Assembly: GCA_963843575.1 (NCBI GenBank)
Contig: CAWJKZ010000025.1
Location: 256,001-320,000 of the forward strand
Source: an uncultured Acidobacteriota bacterium
Lineage (GTDB): Bacteria; Acidobacteriota; UBA6911
Direction: 5' to 3'
Length of the DNA stretch: 64,000 nt
Shown here piece after piece: positions 21,103 through 29,841 of this stretch. The translations under genes were made by a program, and so were the position numbers. The first letter of the stretch is position 1, and every line of letters begins with the position of its first letter. The notes under the pieces were generated by a model. That model made no database searches. It worked only from the letters and a program-made list of their open reading frames with translations, and had not been told where the DNA came from.

Positions 21103-21935
21103 TCACTCCTCGCCCTCGGGGGTGCGGCCGTCCGAGGGGGAGTCCGGGGCATTTCGCTTCGGGAGCCACCGGGCGAGCTCTTTTTTCACCGGGGAGAACT
21201 CTTTGCGGGCGGCAAGGTTGGTCCACTCCAGTTCGTCATTCCCGTGGTCGTAGAGTTCCTCGGTGCCGTCGCTGTAACGGATGAAGCGCCAGCGCTCGCT
21301 CCGGGCGGCCGGAAAATCCCGCAGGCCAGGAAGAACGGGCCGGGCTGCGGCCGCACCAGTTCTCCGGCGGCCCAGTTGACCACCTTGTTGTCCCCCATCT
21401 GCGCGTCCGCGACGTCGATCGGCCCCCAGTCAAAATGGGCTTCCACGCCGGGGATGCCGTTCAGCGGCCGGGCGGGAGGGACCGGGTCGGCGGGTCGGGG
21501 CCTGTCCTTCGCGGGGAAGTACTCGTTCCAGCTTTGCGGATCGCGGAAGGCGTCGTGGAAGATCTTGCCGCCGCCCATGACCCGGTAGCCGTGCGCCATG
21601 AAATACTGCGGGAGCGTCACGGCGTCGCGCAGGGCTTCGGCGTGGCGCATCGGCTGCGAGTTGGTGTAGACGCCCGAGCTGGACGGCCTCACGCCCGTGA
21701 GCAGCGCGGCGCGGGAGGCATTGCAGAGCGGCGCCGGGCAGTGCGCGTTCGTGAACAGGACGCCCCGGGCGGCGAGCCGGTCGAGGTTCGGAGTGCGGAC
21801 ATCGGGGTGCCCGCCTAGGCAGCCGACCCAGTCGTTGAGGTCGTCGATGGCGATGAACAGGACGTTCGGGGACGGGCATCGGTCCTGCAGCAGGATCGTG
21901 CCGGCGGCGACCTTCAGGAAGTTTCTACGGTTCAT
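21103..21935 (-). pseudogene. Tat sulfatase, internally deleted (junction ~21304)
   Basis: PNVLFIAIDDL, TPNLDRLA, CNASR, GKIFH, GIFRP then out-of-frame jump to [17 protein letters not shown]...EWTNLA. Confidence 0.88.
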
Positions 21936-22140
21936 CGCGGCCCTCCGGGACAGCTACAACTTGCCACGGAAGGTCGGAGAAATCACCCAATTCCGCAAAA
22001 CCGGGTCTGCGGCACCTGTCGGTCGACAAAACTGCTGGCGTGAACCGTCAAGCCGGGCCTATCATCCGCCAGACGCGACGCTGTCCTCACCCCCGGGGCT
22101 CGGGGACCGGGAAAATCCGGAAGTTTTCGAAAGGAGTGCC

Positions 22141-22992
22141 GTGATCCTCGCCGACATCAACCTGGCCCGGCGCATCGAACGCGCCGAAGCCCGCCTCTCG
22201 ATCTCCATCGGCGAGGGAAACCGCCTGCGCGACCCGGGAACTTCCGCCTTCGTTACCCTGATCGGCGCCGGGGCGGCCGTGTATGCCGGGCCGGGCTCGC
22301 CTGCCAACAAAGTGATAGGGATCGGCCTCGACGAGGAGCCCGAGCGCAGCCTGCTCGAGGAGATCGAGCAAGCCTTCTTCGAGCGGGCCTGCCCCGTGCA
22401 GGCGGAAGTCGCCACCCTCGCCCTTCCCTCGGTGCAGGCACTCCTCACCGCAAGGTGCTACCTGCTGCAGGGGTTTGAAAACGTGCTGGGCCGGACTCTC
22501 ACGGACGCCGACGCGGCACCGGACCGCGCAGGAGGGATCGCCATCGAGCCGGTCTCGCAGGAGGCGCTGGCCCCCTGGATGGACCTCGTCATCACGGCAT
22601 TCGAACACCCGGACCAGACCGGGGCCGGAAGCGGCGTCGCCCCTCCACCCCGGCAAGCGATCGAAAACGCCTTCGTCCAGATGGTTCGAACCGAAGGATT
22701 CCACGCCTATGTCGCGCTCCTCGCGGGAACGCCGGCAGGCGGCGGGAGTCTGCGGATCGACTCGGGGATCGCCCAGCTGTGCGGCGCCGCTACCCTGCCG
22801 GCGCACCGCCGCCGCGGAGTTCAGGGTGCGCTTATGCGCCGCAGGCTCGCGGAGGCCCGCCTCGCCGGCTGCGACCTCGCGGTGATGACGGCGCAGCCCG
22901 GGTCGAGGTCGCACTTCAATGCCCAGCGCCAGGGGTTCTCTCTGCTGTACTCGCGCGCCATCCTGGTGAAGGAGCCCCCGGTGCAGCCCTGA
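22141..22992 (+). CDS. GNAT family N-acetyltransferase
   Basis: GAATLPAHRRRGVQ, SHFNAQRQGF; AAAGGAG RBS. Confidence 0.88.
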   Translation: MILADINLARRIERAEARLSISIGEGNRLRDPGTSAFVTLIGAGAAVYAGPGSPANKVIGIGLDEEPERSLLEEIEQAFFERACPVQAEVATLALPSVQALLTARCYLLQGFENVLGRTLTDADAAPDRAGGIAIEPVSQEALAPWMDLVITAFEHPDQTGAGSGVAPPPRQAIENAFVQMVRTEGFHAYVALLAGTPAGGGSLRIDSGIAQLCGAATLPAHRRRGVQGALMRRRLAEARLAGCDLAVMTAQPGSRSHFNAQRQGFSLLYSRAILVKEPPVQP

Positions 22993-23105
22993 GCTTGTGC
23001 GCAGCTTCACGCGAACCCTCGTGCCGCGGTTCCAGGACGCGCCGCGCAATGAGCCCCGCAACGTTCGTGTCTGTTGCGTGAACTCCGCGGCGGGCGCGGT
23101 GAACC

Positions 23106-23831
23106 CTAGGTCGCCAGCCTCTCCGACAGCGCCGTCAGCAGCGCCGCCCCGTCGCCGCGCCACGCACTCCCGTGCATGCACGCCAACGTCCGGGGCCGCT
23201 CCCCTGCGAGCCTCCCCAGGATGGCCGCGGTGTCCGGCGCGTGGGCGAAGTAATCCATGGGCGCGCGGAACTCCTCGCTCGGCCCGAGGATGTCGGTCTC
23301 GACCAGCGCCTTCTCCCCCGCCCCGCCCTGCGTGAACAGGTCGCCACAGAGGAAGGTGCGGGTGGACGTCTCCATCATGAGGCCGCAGTCCCAGCCGTGT
23401 GGAGTGTGGGGGGTGTCGAACCAGCGCACCTCGAGTCTCCCGAGCGCCAGTACCTCGCCGTCGGCGAGCGCGCGCGGGGGTCGGTCCGCGATGTCGCTGA
23501 TCGACACCATCGCCGCGATGCGGCTGCACAGAGGTTGCGCCTCCGGCGCAGCCGCCAGCCACTCGTTGAGTGACCCGCACTCGTCCGCCTCGAAATGGGA
23601 CAGGGCGACATAGCGCAGCCGCTCCACCGGCAGCACCCGCCCGACCGCCTCCGACACGAGCGGAAACAGCCGCCGCGGACCCGTGTGGAACAGCAGCGGC
23701 GCGTCGTCCGCCAGGAGATACTGGTTGAAGCTGAACGCGGCGCCCCCGGGTATGGCAAGCGGCGTGTTGATCCGGTAGATCCCGTCGGAAATCTCGTGGA
23801 CATTCGTGCCCGACTGGCTGTTTGTGATCAT
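23106..23831 (-). CDS. MBL-fold metallo-hydrolase (FprA-like)
   Basis: SHFEADECG, TPHTPHGW, CGDLF, CMHG. Confidence 0.88.
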   Translation of the reverse strand: MITNSQSGTNVHEISDGIYRINTPLAIPGGAAFSFNQYLLADDAPLLFHTGPRRLFPLVSEAVGRVLPVERLRYVALSHFEADECGSLNEWLAAAPEAQPLCSRIAAMVSISDIADRPPRALADGEVLALGRLEVRWFDTPHTPHGWDCGLMMETSTRTFLCGDLFTQGGAGEKALVETDILGPSEEFRAPMDYFAHAPDTAAILGRLAGERPRTLACMHGSAWRGDGAALLTALSERLAT

Positions 23832-24042
23832 CGTACCCTCCTCCCCTTGAGCTTGGTGGTCAATTACATTATGTACGATAGCGTTCTTTCGGACGTTGAT
23901 GTACGCAGATCACTGCCTCAACGCAATTATGAAAGCGCATACCGAGACAGTCTAGCCCGGAGTTGCGGCGAGCGCCGCAAACCGGTATTCTTGGCGAAAG
24001 TGAGAGGTAGGCCCCTCGCCAAGGCCTGGTGAGAGATTCAAT

Positions 24043-25044
24043 ATGCCGGAAGTAATTGAGACAAGAATGCGGGACCAGCTGGTCGACCGAAGGAGAAGGC
24101 TCGAGGACGCCATAACCGATTTAGGGGAAGCTCCGGACCTGGTCCGACTCCTTCGGGAGGTGGATTCGGCGCTCGGGCGGCTCGGCAGCGGGAGCTTCGG
24201 TACCTGCCTGGTGTGCCACACCGAGGTAGGGGACGAACTTCTGGCCGCCAACCCTATGACCCAGTATTGCCTGTGCGATCTCACGCGCGACCAGCAGATC
24301 GCCCTCCAGCATGACCTCGACCTCGCGTCCGAGGTTCAGCTGGCGCTCCTGCCCAAACAGGACCTCCACTTTGCGGGATGGGAGGTCCATTTTCGCTACA
24401 TCCCGGCAGGACCGGTCAGTGGGGACTACTGCGACGTGGTGACCGGCGGGGACGACACGCTCTATTTCCTCCTGGGCGACGTTTCCGGCAAAGGGGTCGC
24501 CGCCTCCCTGTTCATGGCCCGCCTCAATGCGCTGTTTCGAAGTCTGCTCGAAACCCGGCCGCCGGTGCCGGAGGTGGTCGACAAGGCGAACCGCCTCCTG
24601 GTGGAAAGCACCATCGCCTCGCACTACGCCACCCTCGTATGCGCCAAGTCGGATGCTTCGGGCCGGATCGAGCTGTGCAACGCAGGCCACTGCAGCCCGC
24701 TCTTGATGAGGGGAAACGAGGTCACCGATGTGGGCAGCCAGGGATTGCCCCTGGGCATGTTCGGCAACGAGCCGTATCAGACCCGCTCGCTGCAGCTGGA
24801 CCCTGGCAACTTACTTTTTCTCTACTCGGACGGGCTTTCGGAGGCGCGCGACGTCCATGACCGGGAGTACGGCACCGACAGGATCGAGCAGATCCTGCTG
24901 GACAACTCGGGCGTATCCGCCAGAAGGCTGGCGGCGGCGGTCCTGTCGGACGTCGGCTCCTTCACCGCAGGGGCTCCCCAACACGACGACGTGACCGTGA
25001 TGGCGGTGCGGCGGACCGTGGCTGCTCCCCGAGTCCCGGAGTGA
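24043..25044 (+). CDS. SpoIIE/PP2C phosphatase with N-terminal DksA/TraR-like zinc finger
   Basis: FGTCLVCH...CLC; SGDYCD, GDVSGKG, NAGH, YSDGLSE, DDVT. Confidence 0.9.
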   Translation: MPEVIETRMRDQLVDRRRRLEDAITDLGEAPDLVRLLREVDSALGRLGSGSFGTCLVCHTEVGDELLAANPMTQYCLCDLTRDQQIALQHDLDLASEVQLALLPKQDLHFAGWEVHFRYIPAGPVSGDYCDVVTGGDDTLYFLLGDVSGKGVAASLFMARLNALFRSLLETRPPVPEVVDKANRLLVESTIASHYATLVCAKSDASGRIELCNAGHCSPLLMRGNEVTDVGSQGLPLGMFGNEPYQTRSLQLDPGNLLFLYSDGLSEARDVHDREYGTDRIEQILLDNSGVSARRLAAAVLSDVGSFTAGAPQHDDVTVMAVRRTVAAPRVPE

Positions 25045-25071
25045 GCGACGGTGTGCGCACGACGTGACGCG

Positions 25072-25527
25072 CTAGGGGGTGTCGCCCCTGGCGGTGGGAT
25101 AGCCTTTGGCAACCCACTCCTGCTGGAAGTTGGTCGGCATGTAGAGGACTCTTGTGTCCTTGAAACCCAGTTTCCGCAGGGTCTCGAACGCGGGACGCAC
25201 GTTGGGGCAGTCGTCCCACGGGCAGCAGCCGCAATAGAGGACTATCGGGGTGGATCGTGGGAGCCTCGTCACCTCGGCCATGAGCTTCTGTATCCCCGCG
25301 GGGCTCCAGCCCGCCCCCACATACTTCGATCCGGGAATGTGGCCGTTGCGGTACAGGACTTGAACGCCGACCTGCAGGACGAGGGGTTTCACTCCGCCCG
25401 GACGAGAGAGGAGCCCCGCCAGTTCCTCGGGCTTTACGGTCTCGCCCGGCTGCCACGAGCCGTTCCGGGCCCCGAACATCGTCGCGCAGCACAGCAGGAT
25501 CGTCACCGCCAACAACACTGATCGCAT
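25072..25527 (-). CDS. secreted rhodanese-like protein
   Basis: Signal peptide, GHIPGS, IVLYCGCCP, WVAKGYP. Confidence 0.85.
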   Translation of the reverse strand: MRSVLLAVTILLCCATMFGARNGSWQPGETVKPEELAGLLSRPGGVKPLVLQVGVQVLYRNGHIPGSKYVGAGWSPAGIQKLMAEVTRLPRSTPIVLYCGCCPWDDCPNVRPAFETLRKLGFKDTRVLYMPTNFQQEWVAKGYPTARGDTP

Positions 25528-25689
25528 CGACAGCTCCAGTCCTTTCGGTTTCCAAAAGCACAAAATATAGGGGACGGTCGCGCCGCTGGCAACCTGAATG
25601 TCGCAATTATCGACGAAGGATAGTTGGTTCGGGCTGAAGAGGCTGTCCAACGATTGACGTTAAATCCGGACGAATTATAATGTCCGGCT

Positions 25690-26706
25690 GTGAAGCCACG
25701 AGATCGAGTGGTGCACCGCAGGGCATTCCTGGGGCTGGCGGGCGGGTCCCTGGTGACTGCAGCCGTGCGTCCCCAGGCTGCCGGACCGGTGGTGTCGCAG
25801 CCGGCCTTCCGTCTCGCCACGGGTTGCCCGGTTGCCGACCCGTACTGCGCCAGGGCCGCGGACGGCTGGTATCTGACCGGGACCCAGCACGACCGCCGGA
25901 TCGAGGACCGGCGCTTCAGCCTGTTCTTCTCGCGGGATCTCCGGGCGTGGCGGGACCTGGGCCCGGTGCTCGTGCGCCCCGAATATGAGGGGAGCGGGAG
26001 AGCCAACTACTGGGCGCCGGAATTCGTCGAGCACGAGGGGACGTATTACCTTTACTACACGGCCGACTCCTTCGGCGATCCGGAGCGCCGGTTTGTGCGG
26101 GTCGCCTCCTCTGGCCGGCTCACGGGCCCCTACCGGGATTCTGGCGCACAGCTGGTCGAAAAGCCGTCCATCGACGGGCATCCCCACTTCGCCGGCCCCG
26201 GCGAGGGCCGGCTGTTTTATTGCGGCAACGAGGGCAACCCGCACGTTGGACAACTCCTGGTGGACCGGTTCCGCTCGCCCGTCAAGCTCGAGAACAGGCC
26301 GCAAAAGGTTTTCCCGGACGAGACCGTGGAGTGGGAGGAAGGGCCGTTCGTCATCCGGCACCTCGGGGCCTTCTACCTGTTCTCCAGCATGGGGAACTGG
26401 CGGGACGGCACTTATCACGTGCGGGTGGCTCGTTCGAGAAGCGTCGCCGGGCCGTGGGAGCGGCTGACCGAGAAAGGGGCGACATACAAGGTCCTCCAGA
26501 GCATCGAGGGGCAGTGGGGTCCCGGACACAACTCGGTGTTTCGGGGACCGGATGGCGCGTGGTGGATCTGTTACCACGCCTGGGACGCCGGGAAAACCGG
26601 ACGCTATCCCTGGGCCGCCCCCCTCGGCTGGGATTCCCGCGGCTACCCCGCCGCGCAACAAGCACCCGCGCCGGATCGGCGGGCAAGGACATCGCGCACG
26701 CCTTGA
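25690..26706 (+). CDS. Tat-exported glycoside hydrolase family 43
   Basis: HRRAFLG, ADP, WAPE, IDG, EGP, GPGHNSV. Confidence 0.92.
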   Translation: MKPRDRVVHRRAFLGLAGGSLVTAAVRPQAAGPVVSQPAFRLATGCPVADPYCARAADGWYLTGTQHDRRIEDRRFSLFFSRDLRAWRDLGPVLVRPEYEGSGRANYWAPEFVEHEGTYYLYYTADSFGDPERRFVRVASSGRLTGPYRDSGAQLVEKPSIDGHPHFAGPGEGRLFYCGNEGNPHVGQLLVDRFRSPVKLENRPQKVFPDETVEWEEGPFVIRHLGAFYLFSSMGNWRDGTYHVRVARSRSVAGPWERLTEKGATYKVLQSIEGQWGPGHNSVFRGPDGAWWICYHAWDAGKTGRYPWAAPLGWDSRGYPAAQQAPAPDRRARTSRTP

Positions 26707-26738
26707 CAGCGACAAATGGCGGGTGCAGGAGGTCGGAG

Positions 26739-27299
26739 ATGGAGCGAAGGACATTCGTGTCGAGTGGGGTGCTGGCCGCAGGCGCTCTATTGGGACCGCC
26801 GACCCCGACGTCGATGAAACTCGTGATCGGGAGCGACCACGCCGGTTTCCCCGCCAAGGGGCCGGTGATCGAGCTGCTGCGCTCGTGGGGACACACCGTG
26901 CACGACGTCGGGACCTTTTCGACGGCGCCGGTCGATTTTCCCGACATCGCCCGCAAGGTGGCAGCGGAGATCCTGACCGGCCGCGCCGAACGCGGCATCA
27001 TGGTTTGCGGCACCGGCGTCGGCGCTGCAATTGCCGGCAACAAGATCAGGGGCATCCGCGCCGCGCTCTGCCACGACACCTTCTGCGCTCACCAGTGCGT
27101 CGAGCACGACGACGTGAACCTCCTGTGCATGGGCGGCTGGATCATCGGCATCAAACTCGCCGAGGAGATCCTGCGCGCTTTCCTGGGCGCCCGCTTCAGC
27201 ACCGACGAAGAATTCCGCCGACGGGTCCGCAAGCTGGAGGAACTCGAAAACTTCCGGGTGGACACGGTGGGCGCGGGCAGCCCGCCCCCGCCCCGATGA
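26739..27299 (+). CDS. rpiB: ribose-5-phosphate isomerase B family with Tat-like leader
   Basis: IGSDHAG, CGTGVG, NKIRGIRAA, EHDDVN, RRRV. Confidence 0.9.
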   Translation: MERRTFVSSGVLAAGALLGPPTPTSMKLVIGSDHAGFPAKGPVIELLRSWGHTVHDVGTFSTAPVDFPDIARKVAAEILTGRAERGIMVCGTGVGAAIAGNKIRGIRAALCHDTFCAHQCVEHDDVNLLCMGGWIIGIKLAEEILRAFLGARFSTDEEFRRRVRKLEELENFRVDTVGAGSPPPPR

Positions 27300-27445
27300 G
27301 GGCCGCGGCCCACTTCATGTGCGGCGCACCAGCCCGGCGTTATCCCAGACCCCGTCCTTGAACCACGGGACGTCGGCACCCACGAACCATGCGTAATTCT
27401 GCGGGCCGCGCGGGCACCGGAGGCCGTGACGGGCCGCCACTTTGT

Positions 27446-28390
27446 TCATGCTTCGGGCGGCGCCTCCGAGCATATGCGGCGCACCAGCTCGGCGTTTTCG
27501 CGGACCTCGTCCTTGAACCGCGGATACATCCCGACGATGACCGCGTCCCGCGGCTTGATGTTCGTGTAGGCAAAGCGGAACGCGCGCTCGAGCTGCTCGG
27601 GGGACGAGCCGTGCCTCCCGGCCGCGAGAATTTTGAATGCCAGGCACGGCCGGCGGGTCTGGCGGATGGCGCGGCACATGCGCGGCGGATCGCTTTCAAG
27701 GAAAACCTGGCTTCCCAGGGGCAGGTCGCCGAGCATCTTCCTCGTCTCCGCCTCCGGCCGGCCGATCTGGAACATGCACGCCATGTAGAAATCGATATCC
27801 CAGTTCCGCTCCTCGACCCACTCGATCACGCCCGGCAGGTGCGTCGACAGGCCCACTAGGACACCGCTGTCGCGGATGGCCTTGAGATAGTCCCGCACCT
27901 TGTCCATCTTGCCCGCCCGGAAATATTCGTCGGTGACCCCGCCGTGATGGACGATCGCAATCGGCTTGAGCTTGACGACCTCCCGGATCGGCCCCGGATC
28001 ATCCCTCATGGCGCCGCCGGTCAGCAGAATCCACTGCAGCCGCCCGCCGGAGGACCGGTGCAGCTTCAAGCCGGCCATCGAGGTGGGATAGTAGCTGAAT
28101 TGCCACGTGTTGATCCCGTTCTGTTCGCACCGGCTCAGCACCTCGGCAATACGTTCCGGAGTCGACCACTCGCGCATGTGCTGGTCGAGGGAAGGGATCC
28201 CGTAAGAAAAACCGTTAAACGGATTCGAGCCCATGATGAGACGAGTCACCCTGTGCTCCCCCAGCTTTACTTCGGGCAACGCCGCAACCGCCGGCTCTCT
28301 CGCCTCCGTCGCGCCGAGGGTGACGGCCGCCGCGCCACCGGCTAAACCCATCTGGATGAAGGCGCGCCTCGAGGTCTCTTCCTTGCCCAT
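27446..28390 (-). CDS. Tat-exported hypothetical TIM-barrel (aldo/keto reductase-like) protein
   Basis: SRRAFIQ, VTRLIMGSNP, GLSTH, AFKILAAGR. Confidence 0.7.
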   Translation of the reverse strand: MGKEETSRRAFIQMGLAGGAAAVTLGATEAREPAVAALPEVKLGEHRVTRLIMGSNPFNGFSYGIPSLDQHMREWSTPERIAEVLSRCEQNGINTWQFSYYPTSMAGLKLHRSSGGRLQWILLTGGAMRDDPGPIREVVKLKPIAIVHHGGVTDEYFRAGKMDKVRDYLKAIRDSGVLVGLSTHLPGVIEWVEERNWDIDFYMACMFQIGRPEAETRKMLGDLPLGSQVFLESDPPRMCRAIRQTRRPCLAFKILAAGRHGSSPEQLERAFRFAYTNIKPRDAVIVGMYPRFKDEVRENAELVRRICSEAPPEA

Positions 28391-28489
28391 GCATGCCTCC
28401 CGCAACTGTTTGTCTGGAAATCCTGCGTTCATTTCTAGCGCGACCCGGTACGAGCGGGCAAGCGAATTCGGACGCCGGCCCCGCCGTCT

Positions 28490-28565
28490 TCAGGGTTCTT
28501 TGAGCCTTTAGAGCCTTCGAGGCAAAGCGGCAGAACTCACTTCGGCGGCTCGGAGGGCTCAACGA
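28490..28565. repeat. repeat family D (cttcgag/ctcgaag iterations); other copies ~43905-43932, 53465-53543, 57912-57975, 60523-60610, 60928-61000, 63885-63957
   Basis: Short degenerate units such as gagccttcgagg / ctcgaagaatctcgaag, mostly intergenic. Confidence 0.6.
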
Positions 28566-28611
28566 ATCCTGAAATAAGCCCTATCTAATGCGAAATTACT
28601 GATTTATTAGG

Positions 28612-28650
28612 ATGAAAATTTCATAATATGTCTGAAATATTTCTTGACAT
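28612..28650. promoter_or_regulatory. candidate operator palindromes and -35 box in the divergent promoter of the LacI gene
   Basis: ATGAAAATTTCAT (28612-28624), GAAATATTTC, TTGACA (28644-28649) in an AT-rich patch. Confidence 0.4.
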
Positions 28651-28678
28651 AAGAAGCTTGCCGGTGGAATGTAGGCGC

Positions 28679-29806
28679 GTGCCAGCGAGGAAGAAGCCGT
28701 CGAAGCAGAAACCGGCGACCTATCTGGAGGTGGCGCGCCTCGCGAAGGTGAGTGCCGCGACCGTGACACGCATCGCCTCGGGCAGCGCCGGGGTGAGCAA
28801 GGAGGTGCACGCCAGGGTGCGGCGCGCGGCCGCGCAGCTCGGCACGAGCCTGGACAAGAAGAACCGCACGCGGATCATCGCCTTCCTGCTTTCCAACCGT
28901 GACGTGCTTCACCCGTACCAGGCGCACATCCTGCTGGGCGCCGAGGCCTATTGCGCCTCAAACGGCTGGGAGATGCTGTTCCTGTCGTTTCAATACCCCC
29001 TGTTTGGCAGCTACGGGGAGATCCAGCTCCCCCAGATACTGAGCCAGCGGGATCTGCTGCGCGGCATCATCCTGGGTGGCACCAACTCGTCCAGGCTGCT
29101 GGAAACGCTGCAAAAACGCGGCATCCCGTTTGCGGTGCTGGGCAACAACGTGATCGGGAACTGGCAGCCGGCCGACTGCGACGTGGTCTCGTCCGATGAC
29201 GTCACCGGCGCATACGACGTGACCTGCGACCTGATCTCACAGGGGCATCGCGCCATCTGGTTCATCGGGGACCTTAAGCTCCCCTGGTACGCCCACTGCG
29301 CCGAGGGCTACAGGCGCGCGATGGCCGGCGCGGGGCTCGAGCCTCTCATCAAGGAAATCCACACGGGCGACCGCGAGCTCGGTTACCTGGCTGCGAGGTC
29401 CATCCTCGCCCGGGCGGTCACGGCCGTCTTTGCCGGCAACGATCAGGTCGCCGTGGGCGTCTACCGGGCCTTTGGCGAGGCAGGGGTCCGGATCCCGACC
29501 GACATCAGCGTCGTCGGCTTTAACGACACCGAAGGCCAAAACCTTTACCCCCCCCTGACAACCACGCGCGAGTTTCCGGAGGAGATCGGGAAACATCTCG
29601 CGGAACTCGTGCTCGAACGGATCTCCATGCCGGAAATTCCGGCGCGGCAGCTTCTGTTGCCTACCCAACTCATCCGGCGCGAGTCGTGTTCGGTACCTTC
29701 CCCCTCGCGCGCCGATCACTCTGTAAGACCAGGAGACGACAGTCCGGTACCCGATACGGCAGTCGGGAACGCGGACGCTGGATATAAACGCTTTGGCTCG
29801 GATTAG
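28679..29806 (+). CDS. LacI family transcriptional regulator
   Basis: TYLEVARLAKVSAATVT, QGHRAI, DISVVGFND, PPLTT, LIRRES. Confidence 0.93.
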   Translation: MPARKKPSKQKPATYLEVARLAKVSAATVTRIASGSAGVSKEVHARVRRAAAQLGTSLDKKNRTRIIAFLLSNRDVLHPYQAHILLGAEAYCASNGWEMLFLSFQYPLFGSYGEIQLPQILSQRDLLRGIILGGTNSSRLLETLQKRGIPFAVLGNNVIGNWQPADCDVVSSDDVTGAYDVTCDLISQGHRAIWFIGDLKLPWYAHCAEGYRRAMAGAGLEPLIKEIHTGDRELGYLAARSILARAVTAVFAGNDQVAVGVYRAFGEAGVRIPTDISVVGFNDTEGQNLYPPLTTTREFPEEIGKHLAELVLERISMPEIPARQLLLPTQLIRRESCSVPSPSRADHSVRPGDDSPVPDTAVGNADAGYKRFGSD

Positions 29807-29841
29807 AAGGGATATTCCGACACTTCCGTAAGGGAAAACTT

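Noticed and set aside
25072-25527. Second rhodanese as a possible selenoprotein
   Set aside because: CGCC and the downstream Cys are all Cys codons; no in-frame TGA.
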